From positions 363-64,362 of the forward strand of contig SSFW01000048.1 of the NCBI GenBank assembly GCA_008015595.1: 64,000 nucleotides of DNA. The letters run 5' to 3'. The notes under the pieces were generated by a model, which did not search any database, had not been told where the DNA came from, and saw only the letters and a list, made by a program, of their open reading frames with translations. The position numbers and the translations under genes were made by a program. Numbering within the stretch: position 1 is the first letter of the stretch; every line of letters starts with the position of its first letter. Shown piece by piece: positions 1 through 10,614 of this stretch. Source of the DNA: Nitrosomonas sp. (GTDB lineage: Bacteria; Pseudomonadota; Gammaproteobacteria; Burkholderiales; Nitrosomonadaceae).

Positions 1-92
1 CTTTGGAAGATGTAGGTAAGGATGATTTGATTCAAACCGTGCGGGGTGCGGGTTATCGGTTTTCTTACCAATGTGAAGTTGATACTCATTAA
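1..92 (+). CDS. phoB: 3' end of phosphate regulon response regulator PhoB (partial)
   Basis: Frame from base 3 reads LEDVGKDDLIQTVRGAGYRFS...TAA(90-92), the OmpR-family C-terminal motif. Lies directly upstream of phoR. Confidence 0.85.
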   Translation, partial: LEDVGKDDLIQTVRGAGYRFSYQCEVDTH

Positions 93-363
93 TCGGTATA
101 TCATTTAATAAAGTACGGCGGTTGGTTGAATGAAATAGTGTACGACCGACTTAGACTTAAGCTACTATATAGCGCCTTAATCAATTTAAGTCGCCTTGAT
201 AATTTTTAGCGTTAAATGCTCATTGTTTAGAAGTCATTGCTTGTCAAAAATATGAGCAATGATCTACCTGCATTTCAGATCGATTTCTTAGCTATCCTAA
301 CGTCAGAATAAATGGAAATTCGAGATTCTGTAACCAAACCCTACCTTTCTTTGGAATCAATAC

Positions 364-1740
364 GTGTTTGAGATAGGGCGTCGATTTGTCGGGATCGTAT
401 TGCTGATCATCGTTTCCGTAATACTTGGATTTTTCTTTGATGAGATGATAGCACTGCTTTTCTTAAGTTCAATCTTACTGATCATTGTCAGTTACCATAT
501 CATTTCATTAGCTTCACTGGACCGTTGGCTGCAGCGCTATGATCCGTCTTCTCAAGTAATGGCTTCCGTTCCTAATAACTTTGGTGCTTGGGGCGATGTT
601 TTTGTGCGGTTGACGCGCTATATGCGGCGTTATTATCGTAGCCGACAAAGCTTGAGCCGGGCATTAGAGCGCCTGCAAAGGGCCACTTCAGCCATGCCGG
701 ATGGAATTGTGATTTTGGATAAGATCGACCGGATTGAATGGTGTAATCCTGTTGCAGAGCAGCACCTAGGATTAGACTTAAAAATGGATATTGGGCAGCA
801 TATTACGCATTTAGTGCGACAGATGCAGTTTGTGGAGTATCTAACTTCGGGGGATTTTAGTAAACCAGTTATAATTAAGCAATCGCGCTATCAGGAGATC
901 ATGCTATCGTTACAGCTCGTGCCTTACGGGGATGAGGAAAAATTGTTGATCAGTCGAGACATTACGCGATTTGAGAAGATGGAGATTATGCGTCGGGATT
1001 TTATTGCCAATGTCTCGCACGAGCTCAGAACCCCTCTGACGGTAATCAATGGATTTCTTGAAATGCTTCAAGATAATGGAATGAAAGATAGCGATATGGA
1101 GAAACATGCGCTCGGATTGATGAGCCAGCAAAGTCGGCGCATGCAACGACTGGTCGAGGACTTACTAACGTTATCGCGATTGGAAAATGGACAAAATGTT
1201 TTGCGTGAGGAAGAAGTGGATATGAAAGAGCTACTCCAGAATCTCCTTCATGAGGCTCAATCTTTAAGTGCAGCGCGCCATACCATCACCCTACAGTTAA
1301 AAAAAGATGATATCAATGTGCTTGGTAGCGCGGATGAGTTGCGAAGTGCGTTGGGGAATTTAGTCAGTAACGCTGTGCGTTATACCCCGGATGGGGGTGA
1401 TATCGTTTTATCTTGGGGGGAAGAGAAAGGTTTATTTTATGTTCGAGATAGTGGCATCGGTATCGAACCTCAGCATATTCCCCGCTTGACTGAACGATTT
1501 TATCGAATCGATCGGAGTCGTTCACGTGAAACCGGGGGAACTGGGCTTGGATTAGCGATTGTCAAACATATTTTGAATCGACATCAAGCGCGCATGGATA
1601 TTATCAGTGAATTAGGAAAAGGGAGTACGTTTAAAGTGTGGTTTCCACTAAAACGATTACAAGCAACAACCAAAAATAGCTTACCAGAAGTGGTGGAAGC
1701 TCAGTTGGAACATAGCCAATTCATGCCACCGCAACAATAA
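364..1740 (+). CDS. phoR: Phosphate regulon sensor histidine kinase PhoR
   Basis: N-terminal TM segments, PAS, H-box ANVSHELRTPLTV, and RLTERFYRIDRSRSRETGGTGLGLAIVKH typical of PhoR. Confidence 0.93.
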   Translation: MFEIGRRFVGIVLLIIVSVILGFFFDEMIALLFLSSILLIIVSYHIISLASLDRWLQRYDPSSQVMASVPNNFGAWGDVFVRLTRYMRRYYRSRQSLSRALERLQRATSAMPDGIVILDKIDRIEWCNPVAEQHLGLDLKMDIGQHITHLVRQMQFVEYLTSGDFSKPVIIKQSRYQEIMLSLQLVPYGDEEKLLISRDITRFEKMEIMRRDFIANVSHELRTPLTVINGFLEMLQDNGMKDSDMEKHALGLMSQQSRRMQRLVEDLLTLSRLENGQNVLREEEVDMKELLQNLLHEAQSLSAARHTITLQLKKDDINVLGSADELRSALGNLVSNAVRYTPDGGDIVLSWGEEKGLFYVRDSGIGIEPQHIPRLTERFYRIDRSRSRETGGTGLGLAIVKHILNRHQARMDIISELGKGSTFKVWFPLKRLQATTKNSLPEVVEAQLEHSQFMPPQQ

Positions 1741-1778
1741 TAATTAATTAACTGTTAGGCAGAAATGACTGAGATGTG

Positions 1779-1807
1779 GGGAATTAGCGTGATTTGGATT
1801 AATTCCC
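1779..1807. terminator. Hairpin between convergent phoR and tRNA-Val
   Basis: GGGAATTA...TAATTCCC inverted repeat just beyond the tRNA CCA end. Confidence 0.5.
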
Positions 1808-1811
1808 TCGA

Positions 1812-1888
1812 TGGTAGGCGCGATTGGACTCGAACCAACGACCCCCACCATGTCAAGGTGATGCTCTAACCAGCTGAGCTACGCGCCT
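1812..1888 (-). tRNA. tRNA-Val(GAC)
   Basis: Reverse complement AGGCGCGTAGCTCAGCTGGTTAGAGCATCACCTT-GAC-ATGGTGGGGGTCGTTGGTTCGAGTCCAATCGCGCCTACCA: 77 nt cloverleaf with T-loop GTTCGA and encoded CCA. Confidence 0.97.
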
Positions 1889-1948
1889 AAGCGTGCTTGC
1901 ATTCTAACTGAAAAGAAAATCCGCTTCAAATTTATTGTTTAAACATCA

Positions 1949-2941
1949 ATGAAATCGACAAAATATAATCCTCCCCGATGGCTTTGGGGCGGTAATGCAC
2001 AGACTATTTATCCCTATCTAATGAGCCAGCCAGCATCGATTCCCTACCGGCGAGAGCGATGGGAGCTTGATGATGGGGATTTTATTGATGTGGATTGGTT
2101 AGATGGCGAGGGAAATAAGCCACTTGTTGTATTGTTTCATGGATTAGAGGGTGGATCGCGAAGCCATTACGCGTTGAGTATGATGCGCTATTTACAGAGT
2201 CGCCAGTGGAATGGGGTCGTCATTCATTTTCGTGGATGCTCAGGTTATCCGAATCGGTTACCGCGTGCTTATCATGCTGGAGATTCTGCAGAAATTGACT
2301 GGATGCTAAAGCGCATTGCTTCAATACAATCCTCACAACTACAAAAATCAAATCGCACTATCTATGCAATGGGAGTCTCTCTGGGAGGCAATGCGCTATT
2401 AAAATGGCTAGGGGAACAAGGGAAAATGGCGAGTCAGTACATCGCAGCTGTGGCAGCGATATCAGTTCCCATGGATTTGGTTGCTGCTGGCAATGTATTG
2501 GATAAGGGATTTAATCAGCTTTATACGCGGCATTTTTTAAGCTCCTTAAAGCAAAAAATAGTGGGTAAACAAAAAAAATTTCCAGGCTTATTTGACATTA
2601 AAGCGGTTACCCAATGCGCGACGTTATATGAATTCGATAATTTGGTAACGGCACCCTTACATGGATTTCGTGATACCGATGAATATTGGACGACATCGAG
2701 TAGTAAACCCTGGTTACGGGTGATTGAAGTACCCACGCTCGTACTGAATGCGAAAAATGATCCTTTCTTGCCAGCACATGCATTACCCGAGTATTCAGCG
2801 GTTTCTTCGGCGGTAACGCTGGAGTATCCTGAACAAGGGGGGCATGTTGGTTTCTTACATGGCTCATTTCCCGGTAAATTGATGTGGCTGCCCGAACGTA
2901 TACTTCGTTTCTTTGAAGGGGTAAACTGTAATAATCAGTGA
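1949..2941 (+). CDS. YheT-family alpha/beta hydrolase
   Basis: HGLEGGS oxyanion motif, GVSLGG nucleophile elbow, NAKNDPF and GGHVGF catalytic Asp/His. Confidence 0.85.
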   Translation: MKSTKYNPPRWLWGGNAQTIYPYLMSQPASIPYRRERWELDDGDFIDVDWLDGEGNKPLVVLFHGLEGGSRSHYALSMMRYLQSRQWNGVVIHFRGCSGYPNRLPRAYHAGDSAEIDWMLKRIASIQSSQLQKSNRTIYAMGVSLGGNALLKWLGEQGKMASQYIAAVAAISVPMDLVAAGNVLDKGFNQLYTRHFLSSLKQKIVGKQKKFPGLFDIKAVTQCATLYEFDNLVTAPLHGFRDTDEYWTTSSSKPWLRVIEVPTLVLNAKNDPFLPAHALPEYSAVSSAVTLEYPEQGGHVGFLHGSFPGKLMWLPERILRFFEGVNCNNQ

Positions 2942-3058
2942 CTTATAAGTTTCTTTTACCAAAGTTTATGACTTAGTATTATCATGAGATCTAACGGCTA
3001 TAGAAGTTATGGTCGTGAATATCGATATTGATAGTCAATCTACCGCAGGGGAGGTGAT

Positions 3059-4321
3059 ATGCTAAGGTTCGATCGAATTGCTTTGATATTACTGATTTTC
3101 TTTTTCTCAGAAGCCTATGCCGCAGGATGGGAGAAGGTAGAAATACCCAGTACTGAGTTAACGATACTGGATGATAATGGACAGTATAAAGATATTAAGC
3201 CAGGTTGCGCATTTAGTTATTTACCTGATGAAGCAGGATTACCGAATAAGCCATTTCATTTTTATTACCGGAAAGGGACTAAGCCACAAACACTGATTTT
3301 CTTTAATGGGGGAGGTGCCTGTTGGAATGATGCAACCTGTACAACATCCCTAACGGTTCCAGTTTCAAGCACAACACGGCCTGCCTATAATCCTTCCATG
3401 GATTTTGAAAATGATCCAGAAAGTGTAGGGGGAATACTTGATTTTGCTCGTGCAGATAACCCGCTGAAAGATTGGAATATGGTATTTATTCCCTATTGCA
3501 CGGGTGATGCGCATATTGGTTCGAACGATAAAATTTATGCCGATCCGTTAGGAATCATTAATGCTGGTAATCCTATCATGGTACAGCACCGGGGTTTCGA
3601 TAATTTTATGGCGGTGCGCGAGTGGCTAAAGCATAGATATGATCGATTCTATACCGAAAAAGTGTTAGTGGCTGGATCGAGTGCCGGTGCATATGGAGCG
3701 TTAATGAATTTTTCTCGATTGCATCGTATTTATCCGAGCATGACGAAAATTTCACTATTGTCTGACGCGGGTGCGGGTGTATTTACCAATAATTTTTTGA
3801 ATACCGTTTTTGAGCCGAATGGTCCATGGGGAACAGAGAATACCTTAGCGACTTGGATACCGGGAATCAATCAGATTAGTAGCTATAACGATCTAAATTT
3901 TTTTACTAATTTGGCAACGGGTATCGAACGTTATTTTACCAAAAGTAAATTTGCGTATGTCACGACTGCTTGGGATGGTGTTCAAGTGTTATTTCTCAAT
4001 ATTATGAAAAAAACAGATCAGGGAATCAATGATCCAAACGAATGGTTCAATTTAACACCTGAAGTCTTTGTCGAGTGGAATTTGAGAATGTTGGCTTCAT
4101 TTAACGTGAATGTATTATTCAATAGCAACGCTAAGTATTACGTAAGCGCAGGAACCTATCACGCGGGTTTAGTTGATGTGTTCGCACCTGATATCTTTTA
4201 TACTGAGAACAGTGCGAGTGGTATTTTCTTAAAAGATTGGGTTAATCGGCTAGTCATCAATGATAAAAGGTATCCTTTGATTAATTTGATGTGTAGTGGT
4301 ACCTGTGGAGCGCCTTTTTAA
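3059..4321 (+). CDS. Secreted pectin acetylesterase/Notum-family esterase
   Basis: Signal peptide; GGGACW, FIPYCTGDAH and GSSAG motifs; GGGGAGG RBS. Confidence 0.8.
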   Translation: MLRFDRIALILLIFFFSEAYAAGWEKVEIPSTELTILDDNGQYKDIKPGCAFSYLPDEAGLPNKPFHFYYRKGTKPQTLIFFNGGGACWNDATCTTSLTVPVSSTTRPAYNPSMDFENDPESVGGILDFARADNPLKDWNMVFIPYCTGDAHIGSNDKIYADPLGIINAGNPIMVQHRGFDNFMAVREWLKHRYDRFYTEKVLVAGSSAGAYGALMNFSRLHRIYPSMTKISLLSDAGAGVFTNNFLNTVFEPNGPWGTENTLATWIPGINQISSYNDLNFFTNLATGIERYFTKSKFAYVTTAWDGVQVLFLNIMKKTDQGINDPNEWFNLTPEVFVEWNLRMLASFNVNVLFNSNAKYYVSAGTYHAGLVDVFAPDIFYTENSASGIFLKDWVNRLVINDKRYPLINLMCSGTCGAPF

Positions 4322-4357
4322 GGAAAGAAAGTAATCACTTTCTGAGAGAGGTATAGG

Positions 4358-4390
4358 TGTAGTCTCTGGTATTTGTTACGAGAGACTACA
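4358..4390. terminator. Probable bidirectional terminator hairpin
   Basis: Perfect 10-bp inverted repeat TGTAGTCTCT/AGAGACTACA between convergent genes. Confidence 0.65.
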
Positions 4391-4419
4391 CAAAATTTAA
4401 AATGGCTGCAGTATTAACA

Positions 4420-5772
4420 TTAGAGTAATTTTGCAATAAAGGCCTTCTCGACATTTCCGGTTAATGGGATCCGAACGCGATGGCCGCTTCCTGGGGCAAC
4501 ATCGATAGTTTTGCCATTATGATCTTGCATATAGTCAAGTTCGATAATACGATTTCCCGATGGATGAATGATTTCCAGCCGATCACCAATACCAAAGCGG
4601 TTCTTGACAAGAATCTCGACCATTCCGTTGGATTTATCTGAAGTAGTGATATCTCCAACATATTGGCTTTGATTGGATTCGGAGTGACCGCGCAGGTAAT
4701 TCTGAGTTTCTTGACTTGCATGGCGCTGATAAAAACCAGCCGTATACCCGCGATTCGCCAGATTTTCGAGTTGACCAAGCAAGGTGTAATCAAACGGACG
4801 TTTTGCGACAGCATCATCAATGGCTTTTCGATATATTTGTGCGGTTCGTGCAACGTAATAGGCTGATTTAGTGCGCCCCTCAATTTTGAACGAGTCAATT
4901 CCAATATGAATGAGTTGCTCAATATGTTCAATCGCGCGTAAGTCTTTTGAGTTCATGATATAAGTTCCATGCTCATCTTCTAGAATGGGCATCAATTGAC
5001 CAGGCCTTTCTTTTTCTTCAATCAAATAAACATGATTGGCTGCAGGGTGGCGAATTGGCGAAGCGTCATCCAATGCAGACTGAGAAACTGCTTGATTAAA
5101 GTCGAAGTCAATCGTTTGCAGCGCTTGAATATCACCCTCCGGATTTTCTTGAGCCGGTTTGACTTTATAGTCCCAACGGCAGGAGTTGGTGCAGGTACCT
5201 TGGTTGGGGTCGCGGTGGTTAAAATACCCAGATAACAAACATCTTCCTGAGTAGGCGATGCATAATGCGCCATGGACGAAAACTTCGAGTTCAATGTCAG
5301 GACATAGCTGCCGGATTTCAGCTATTTCTTCCAGAGAGAGTTCACGTGATAGGATAATGCGAGTGAGGCCAATTTTTTGCCAGAACTTAACGGCAGCATA
5401 ATTTACCGTATTGGCTTGAACTGAGAGGTGAATGGGAATTTCCGGCCATTTCTCTCGTACCATCATGATTAGACCTGGATCAGCCATGATCAGGGCATCT
5501 GGTTTCAAATCGATGACAGGCTCCATATCTGCCATATAGGTTTTGACTTTACGGTTATGGGGCATGAGGTTGCTCGCGACAAAAAATTTCTTGTTAAGTT
5601 GATGTGCCTCAATAATTCCAGTGCGCAGTTGTTCAAGTGAAAATTCATTATTGCGAGCCCGTAACGAGTAGCGTGGCTGACCTGCATAAATTGCATCAGC
5701 CCCAAAAGCATAGGCGGTCCGCATTTTTTCTAAAGAACCTGCTGGGAGTAATAGCTCTGGCAAAGTTTGCAT
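4420..5772 (-). CDS. trhP: U32-family tRNA 5-hydroxyuridine modification protein TrhP (YegQ)
   Basis: PELLLPAG, YAGQPRYSLRARNNEF, HGALCIAYSGRC, CTNSCRW and KIEGR motifs. Confidence 0.92.
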   Translation of the reverse strand: MQTLPELLLPAGSLEKMRTAYAFGADAIYAGQPRYSLRARNNEFSLEQLRTGIIEAHQLNKKFFVASNLMPHNRKVKTYMADMEPVIDLKPDALIMADPGLIMMVREKWPEIPIHLSVQANTVNYAAVKFWQKIGLTRIILSRELSLEEIAEIRQLCPDIELEVFVHGALCIAYSGRCLLSGYFNHRDPNQGTCTNSCRWDYKVKPAQENPEGDIQALQTIDFDFNQAVSQSALDDASPIRHPAANHVYLIEEKERPGQLMPILEDEHGTYIMNSKDLRAIEHIEQLIHIGIDSFKIEGRTKSAYYVARTAQIYRKAIDDAVAKRPFDYTLLGQLENLANRGYTAGFYQRHASQETQNYLRGHSESNQSQYVGDITTSDKSNGMVEILVKNRFGIGDRLEIIHPSGNRIIELDYMQDHNGKTIDVAPGSGHRVRIPLTGNVEKAFIAKLL

Positions 5773-5831
5773 GATGTAAAATGACCAATATTGGCTTGGA
5801 TAATTAATTAATTGATGTAAATTGTAGCACT

Positions 5832-8800
5832 ATGCCTATAGATCCTGCTTTTATTCATTTACGACTGCACAGCGAATATTCGATAACGGACAGTATTATT
5901 CGGATTGATGAAGTATTAGCAAGAGCAGCTCAAGATCATATGCCAGCCCTAGCGCTTACTGATTTGGGTAATTTATTTGGACTCGTTAAATTTTACCAAA
6001 GCGCAGAGAAAATAGGGATAAAGCCCATCATTGGCTGTGATGCTTGGATTAGTAATGAAGCTGATCGAAACAACCCCTTTCGCGTACTATTGCTATGCCA
6101 GACCCACTCGGGCTATCTATTATTGTGCCGATTGTTGTCGCGTGCCTATCGTGAAAATTTATTCCGGGGCAGGGCAGAACTGAAGAAAGCATGGCTTCAT
6201 TCTTCTGCAGAAGGAACTGAAGATTTAATTGCAATATCCGGCGCACATTTTGGGGAAGTGGGTCAATTGGTAATACAAAATAATCTGCAGGAAGCCCAAG
6301 TAGTCAGTAAAGAATGGTCTGAATTATTTCCGAATCGATTTTATCTGGAGATTCAACGAAATGGGCGGGTGGATGAAGAACGGTTTATTCGAAACTCGCT
6401 GATACTCGCTGCCCAATTAAATATTCCGATTGTGGCCACGCATGCCATTCAATTTTTGGATGCAAAAGATTATAAAGCACATGAAGCTAGAGTTTGTATT
6501 GCGGAAGGTTATGTACTAGGAGATCGGCGGCGTCCCCGTGCATTTACTGATCAGCAGTATTTTAAAACACAAAGTGAAATGCAAGCTTTGTTTGCGGATA
6601 TTCCGGAAGCGCTGGCCAATAGTGTCGAAATTGCGAAACGATGTAATTTGCAGCTTGAACTGGGTATTAATCGATTACCGTTATTTCCAGTACCTGACAC
6701 GACCAGCATTGAAGCATATTTAAGCAACCAGGCACTATCAGGCTTAAAGCAGCGTTTACAAGCTTTGCCAGAGAATGAATTCAACCAAAAATTACCAACT
6801 TATCAGGATAGACTCAATTTTGAAGTGAACACCATTATCCAGATGGGGTTTGCCGGCTATTTTCTCATTGTTGCGGATTTTATTAATTGGGCTAAGCAGA
6901 ACAACATTCCCGTTGGTCCTGGTCGAGGATCTGGAGCTGGCTCTTTAGTAGCTTATTCGTTAGGAATTACCGATCTCGATCCGCTACGATATGATTTGTT
7001 GTTTGAACGTTTTCTAAATCCAGAACGTATCTCGATGCCTGATTTTGATATTGATTTTTGCCAAGACCGTCGTGAAAGTGTCATCGAGTATGTAAAGAAC
7101 CGATATGGTATGGAAAGCGTCTCTCAAATCGTGACATTTGGGACGATGGCTGCCAAAGCAGTGATACGGGATGTTGGGCGTGTTTTAGATTTACCATTCA
7201 ATTTTGTTGATCAACTTGCGAAATTAATTCCATTCGAATTAGGGATGACACTAAAGAAAGCGCGCGCTATTGAGCCTCAGTTTGAGTCGCGTGCACGAGA
7301 AGAAGAGGATGTGCGCAATTTATTAGAGTTAGCTGAAAGCCTCGAAGGTATTACCCGAAATGTGGGTATGCATGCTGGTGGCGTGCTGATTGCACCCGGA
7401 AAAATTACAGATTTCTGTCCAATTTATTGTGCGGAAGCGAGTGAATCTGTGGTCAGTCAGTTTGATAAAGATGATGTTGAAAAAATTGGACTCGTTAAGT
7501 TTGATTTTCTGGGTTTAAAAACACTAACGATTCTTGATCAAGCAATCAGTGACATCAATCAGCAACAGCTCCATGATATTAAATATCAAACCGAGCCTGA
7601 ATCAACCGGCGGCATCTCTTTGAATCAAATTGCTTTGGAAGATCCTGAAACCTATGCTTTATTAAGAAAAGGCAATGCGGTGGGGATTTTTCAATTTGAA
7701 TCGCGAGGCATGAAAGATTTATTACAAAAAGCCAAACCCGATCGATTTGAAGATCTAATTGCCTTAGTTGCGCTTTATAGGCCAGGTCCTATGGATTTGA
7801 TTCCTGATTTTATAGAGCGTAAGCATGGGATTCAACGTGTCGAGTATTTGGATCCAAGACTTGAGCCCATATTAGGACCAACCTATGGTGTGATGATTTA
7901 TCAAGAACAAGTGATGCAGATTGCGCAAGTCATTGGTGGTTATAGTTTGGGTGGAGCCGATTTATTGCGTCGCGCTATGGGTAAGAAAAAGGTTGAGGAA
8001 ATGGCTCAGCAGCGTGATATTTTTGTTGAAGGTGCAATCAAAAATGGATTGACTGAACAGAACGCCATTAAGCTATTCGATCTCATGGAGAAATTTGCGG
8101 GATATGGATTCAATAAGTCTCATGCGGCAGCTTATGCATTAATTGCGTTCCAGACCGCTTATCTCAAAGCGCATTATCCAGCGGCTTTTCTAGCTGCCTG
8201 TTTGTCTGCGGAAATGAATGATACAGACAAGATTAATGATTTTTATGAGGATTGCAAAGTAAATGGAATTAACGTTTTACCGCCAGATATCAATTTCTCG
8301 ATGTATCGGTTTGTACCTACCGATGCAAAAACGATTCGCTATGGGTTAGGCGCTGTTAAAGGCACAGGGGAAAATGCGATTACAGCTATTGTACAAGCGC
8401 GTGAACGGAGTGGTTTGTTTACTGATCTCTTTGATTTTTGTAAGCGCGTAGACCGCCGGGTTGTGAATCGGCGTAGCATCGAATCCTTAATTCGAGTCGG
8501 TGCTTTCGATGGTATCCAGTCCAATCGTGCCATGTTATTTGCGTCAGTTGGCAGTGCAATGGAATTTGCTGAACAATCGAGTTTATCAACTCAGCAAGTC
8601 AATCTATTCAGCGAAACTGAAGTTAATGCTCAGCTACCTACCTTACTTGAGCATGTGGCATGGTCTGAAAAAGAAAAGTTACAAAATGAAAAACTAGGTC
8701 TTGGGTTTTATTTTAGTGGTCATCCCTTTTCGTTTTATCTAAAAGAATTGAATCAATTTATCACGACGCGTTTAGATAAACTTCGATCACAGCGTGAGCC

Positions 8801-9338
8801 ACAATTGATTGCCGGAATAATCCATGCGATCCGAACGCAGATGACCAAGCGAGGGAAAATGGCAATCGTTACACTCGATGACGGCCGGGCACGGGTCGAT
8901 ATCGTGATTTATAACGAAATCTTAGGCGAACATAGTAGTTGGTTAAAGGAAGATCAATTATTAGTTGCGAAGGTAATCATCGGTAACAGTATGAATGATC
9001 CCAATGAACTGCGAATCACGGCGGAGAAATTATATGACCTTACCAATGCACGCTCTCAATCCGCGAAGAAGATTCAATTTACGATTAATCAGTCAATCAT
9101 TGATTGTAAATTGGTTGTGCCTAAGTTAAAGGAATTGATTGCTGCGAGTTTACCCGTTGCTAAAGGCGATCATGGGCAAGTACAACCCACACGATGCCCC
9201 GTTACAATTCTTTATCAAAATCAGCAGGCAACGTGTGTGATTGAGCTGGGTGATGCATGGCACGTTTTATTAAGTGATTTTTTTATTGAATCGGTTTCTC
9301 AGTTATTTAAACCCGAAAATGTCGAGATTCTATACTGA
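5832..9338 (+). CDS. dnaE: DNA polymerase III alpha subunit
   Basis: PHP motif HLRLHSEYS, GPGRGSGAGS, SMPDFDIDF, FNKSH; 1168 aa. Confidence 0.98.
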   Translation: MPIDPAFIHLRLHSEYSITDSIIRIDEVLARAAQDHMPALALTDLGNLFGLVKFYQSAEKIGIKPIIGCDAWISNEADRNNPFRVLLLCQTHSGYLLLCRLLSRAYRENLFRGRAELKKAWLHSSAEGTEDLIAISGAHFGEVGQLVIQNNLQEAQVVSKEWSELFPNRFYLEIQRNGRVDEERFIRNSLILAAQLNIPIVATHAIQFLDAKDYKAHEARVCIAEGYVLGDRRRPRAFTDQQYFKTQSEMQALFADIPEALANSVEIAKRCNLQLELGINRLPLFPVPDTTSIEAYLSNQALSGLKQRLQALPENEFNQKLPTYQDRLNFEVNTIIQMGFAGYFLIVADFINWAKQNNIPVGPGRGSGAGSLVAYSLGITDLDPLRYDLLFERFLNPERISMPDFDIDFCQDRRESVIEYVKNRYGMESVSQIVTFGTMAAKAVIRDVGRVLDLPFNFVDQLAKLIPFELGMTLKKARAIEPQFESRAREEEDVRNLLELAESLEGITRNVGMHAGGVLIAPGKITDFCPIYCAEASESVVSQFDKDDVEKIGLVKFDFLGLKTLTILDQAISDINQQQLHDIKYQTEPESTGGISLNQIALEDPETYALLRKGNAVGIFQFESRGMKDLLQKAKPDRFEDLIALVALYRPGPMDLIPDFIERKHGIQRVEYLDPRLEPILGPTYGVMIYQEQVMQIAQVIGGYSLGGADLLRRAMGKKKVEEMAQQRDIFVEGAIKNGLTEQNAIKLFDLMEKFAGYGFNKSHAAAYALIAFQTAYLKAHYPAAFLAACLSAEMNDTDKINDFYEDCKVNGINVLPPDINFSMYRFVPTDAKTIRYGLGAVKGTGENAITAIVQARERSGLFTDLFDFCKRVDRRVVNRRSIESLIRVGAFDGIQSNRAMLFASVGSAMEFAEQSSLSTQQVNLFSETEVNAQLPTLLEHVAWSEKEKLQNEKLGLGFYFSGHPFSFYLKELNQFITTRLDKLRSQREPQLIAGIIHAIRTQMTKRGKMAIVTLDDGRARVDIVIYNEILGEHSSWLKEDQLLVAKVIIGNSMNDPNELRITAEKLYDLTNARSQSAKKIQFTINQSIIDCKLVVPKLKELIAASLPVAKGDHGQVQPTRCPVTILYQNQQATCVIELGDAWHVLLSDFFIESVSQLFKPENVEILY

Positions 9339-9359
9339 GCAAGTTCGATGAATCTAAGT

Positions 9360-10601
9360 TTAAGACTCGAATAAAGGACTCATCGGATACTCTAATGCTT
9401 CTTTGATGGTAACTAACGAGAGAACGGCTTCTTTACCATCAATAATGCGGTGATCGTAGGAAAGCGCAAGATAATTCATCGGTCTAATTACAATTTGACC
9501 GTTTTCAACAACGGGACGTTCTTTGGTAGCATGAATGCCTAAAATAGCGCTTTGGGGAGGATTAATGATCGGGGTAGACAGCATTGATCCAAAAACACCA
9601 CCATTAGTAATGGAAAATGTTCCGCCGGATAATTCATCAATGGTGAGTTTACCGTTTTGAGCGCGAGTAACAAAATCGGCAATTTGCTTTTCAATTTCTA
9701 CTTGTGTTAGTTGATCTGCATTTCTAAGAATTGGCACAACCAGGCCCCGTGGGCTGGCAACAGCAATTCCGATATCGTAATAGGGATGATAGATGATGTC
9801 ATTTCCATCGACTGAAGCATTGATGATCGGGAATTTTTTTAGTGCCGCGACAACTGCTTTAACAAAGAACGACATGAAACCTAATTTGACCCCATGTTCT
9901 TTCTCAAACTTATCCTTATATCGTGTGCGTAGATCAATCACGGCTTGCATATTGACTTCATTAAAAGTGGTCAGAATTGCTGCTGTCGATTGAGATTGCA
10001 CAAGTCGTTCCGCAATGCGCATTCTGAGACGGGTCATTGGGACACGTTGCTCAAGTCTTTCAGTGTTACTCGCTAATTGCTCCATATTCGGTACTTCAGA
10101 AAGTATGCTGGCAGGGGTGGAAGTAACCTCAGCGGTCTGCGGTTTGCTTTTAATGTGATTCGCGATATCTTCTTTGGTGACGCGACCTTCTCGGCCGGTT
10201 CCTACGATTGAGTTGACTTCATTTTGCTTTAACTGATTTTCCTCCGCCATTTTTTGGGCTGCTGGCATGAGTATTTTGGCTATTTGATTTTTAGTTTCTG
10301 GTTTAGGTTTCACGGTGCCTTGATTTACCGTCGAACTTGAGCTAACTGAGGCTGTGGAAGTCATTTCTGTTTCAATCTTGGCTATGATTTCCCCACTTTT
10401 GACGGTTGCTCCATCATTTTTTAGTATTTCAATTAAGATACCATCCTGCGTTGCAGGTAGTTCAAGTACAACTTTATCGGTTTCAATATCGATTAAATTC
10501 TCACCACGAACTACTTTTTCACCTTGCTTCTTATGCCAAGAAATCAAAGTGGCTTCAGCGACTGATTCGGATAATTGAGGAACTTTGATTTCAATAAGCA
10601 T
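9360..10601 (-). CDS. sucB: 2-oxoglutarate dehydrogenase E2 (dihydrolipoamide succinyltransferase)
   Basis: Lipoyl motif IETDKV and YDHRIIDG. Start placed at MLIEIKVP (ATG 10601) after an AAGGA RBS. Confidence 0.95.
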   Translation of the reverse strand: MLIEIKVPQLSESVAEATLISWHKKQGEKVVRGENLIDIETDKVVLELPATQDGILIEILKNDGATVKSGEIIAKIETEMTSTASVSSSSTVNQGTVKPKPETKNQIAKILMPAAQKMAEENQLKQNEVNSIVGTGREGRVTKEDIANHIKSKPQTAEVTSTPASILSEVPNMEQLASNTERLEQRVPMTRLRMRIAERLVQSQSTAAILTTFNEVNMQAVIDLRTRYKDKFEKEHGVKLGFMSFFVKAVVAALKKFPIINASVDGNDIIYHPYYDIGIAVASPRGLVVPILRNADQLTQVEIEKQIADFVTRAQNGKLTIDELSGGTFSITNGGVFGSMLSTPIINPPQSAILGIHATKERPVVENGQIVIRPMNYLALSYDHRIIDGKEAVLSLVTIKEALEYPMSPLFES

Positions 10602-10614
10602 ATTATTTTCCTTA

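Noticed and set aside
1812-4321. tRNA-Val as an island integration site
   Set aside because: The tRNA 3' end faces phoR; no integrase or duplicated 3' fragment was found.
5832-9338. Intein in DnaE
   Set aside because: Normal length, contiguous motifs, no splice-junction signatures.
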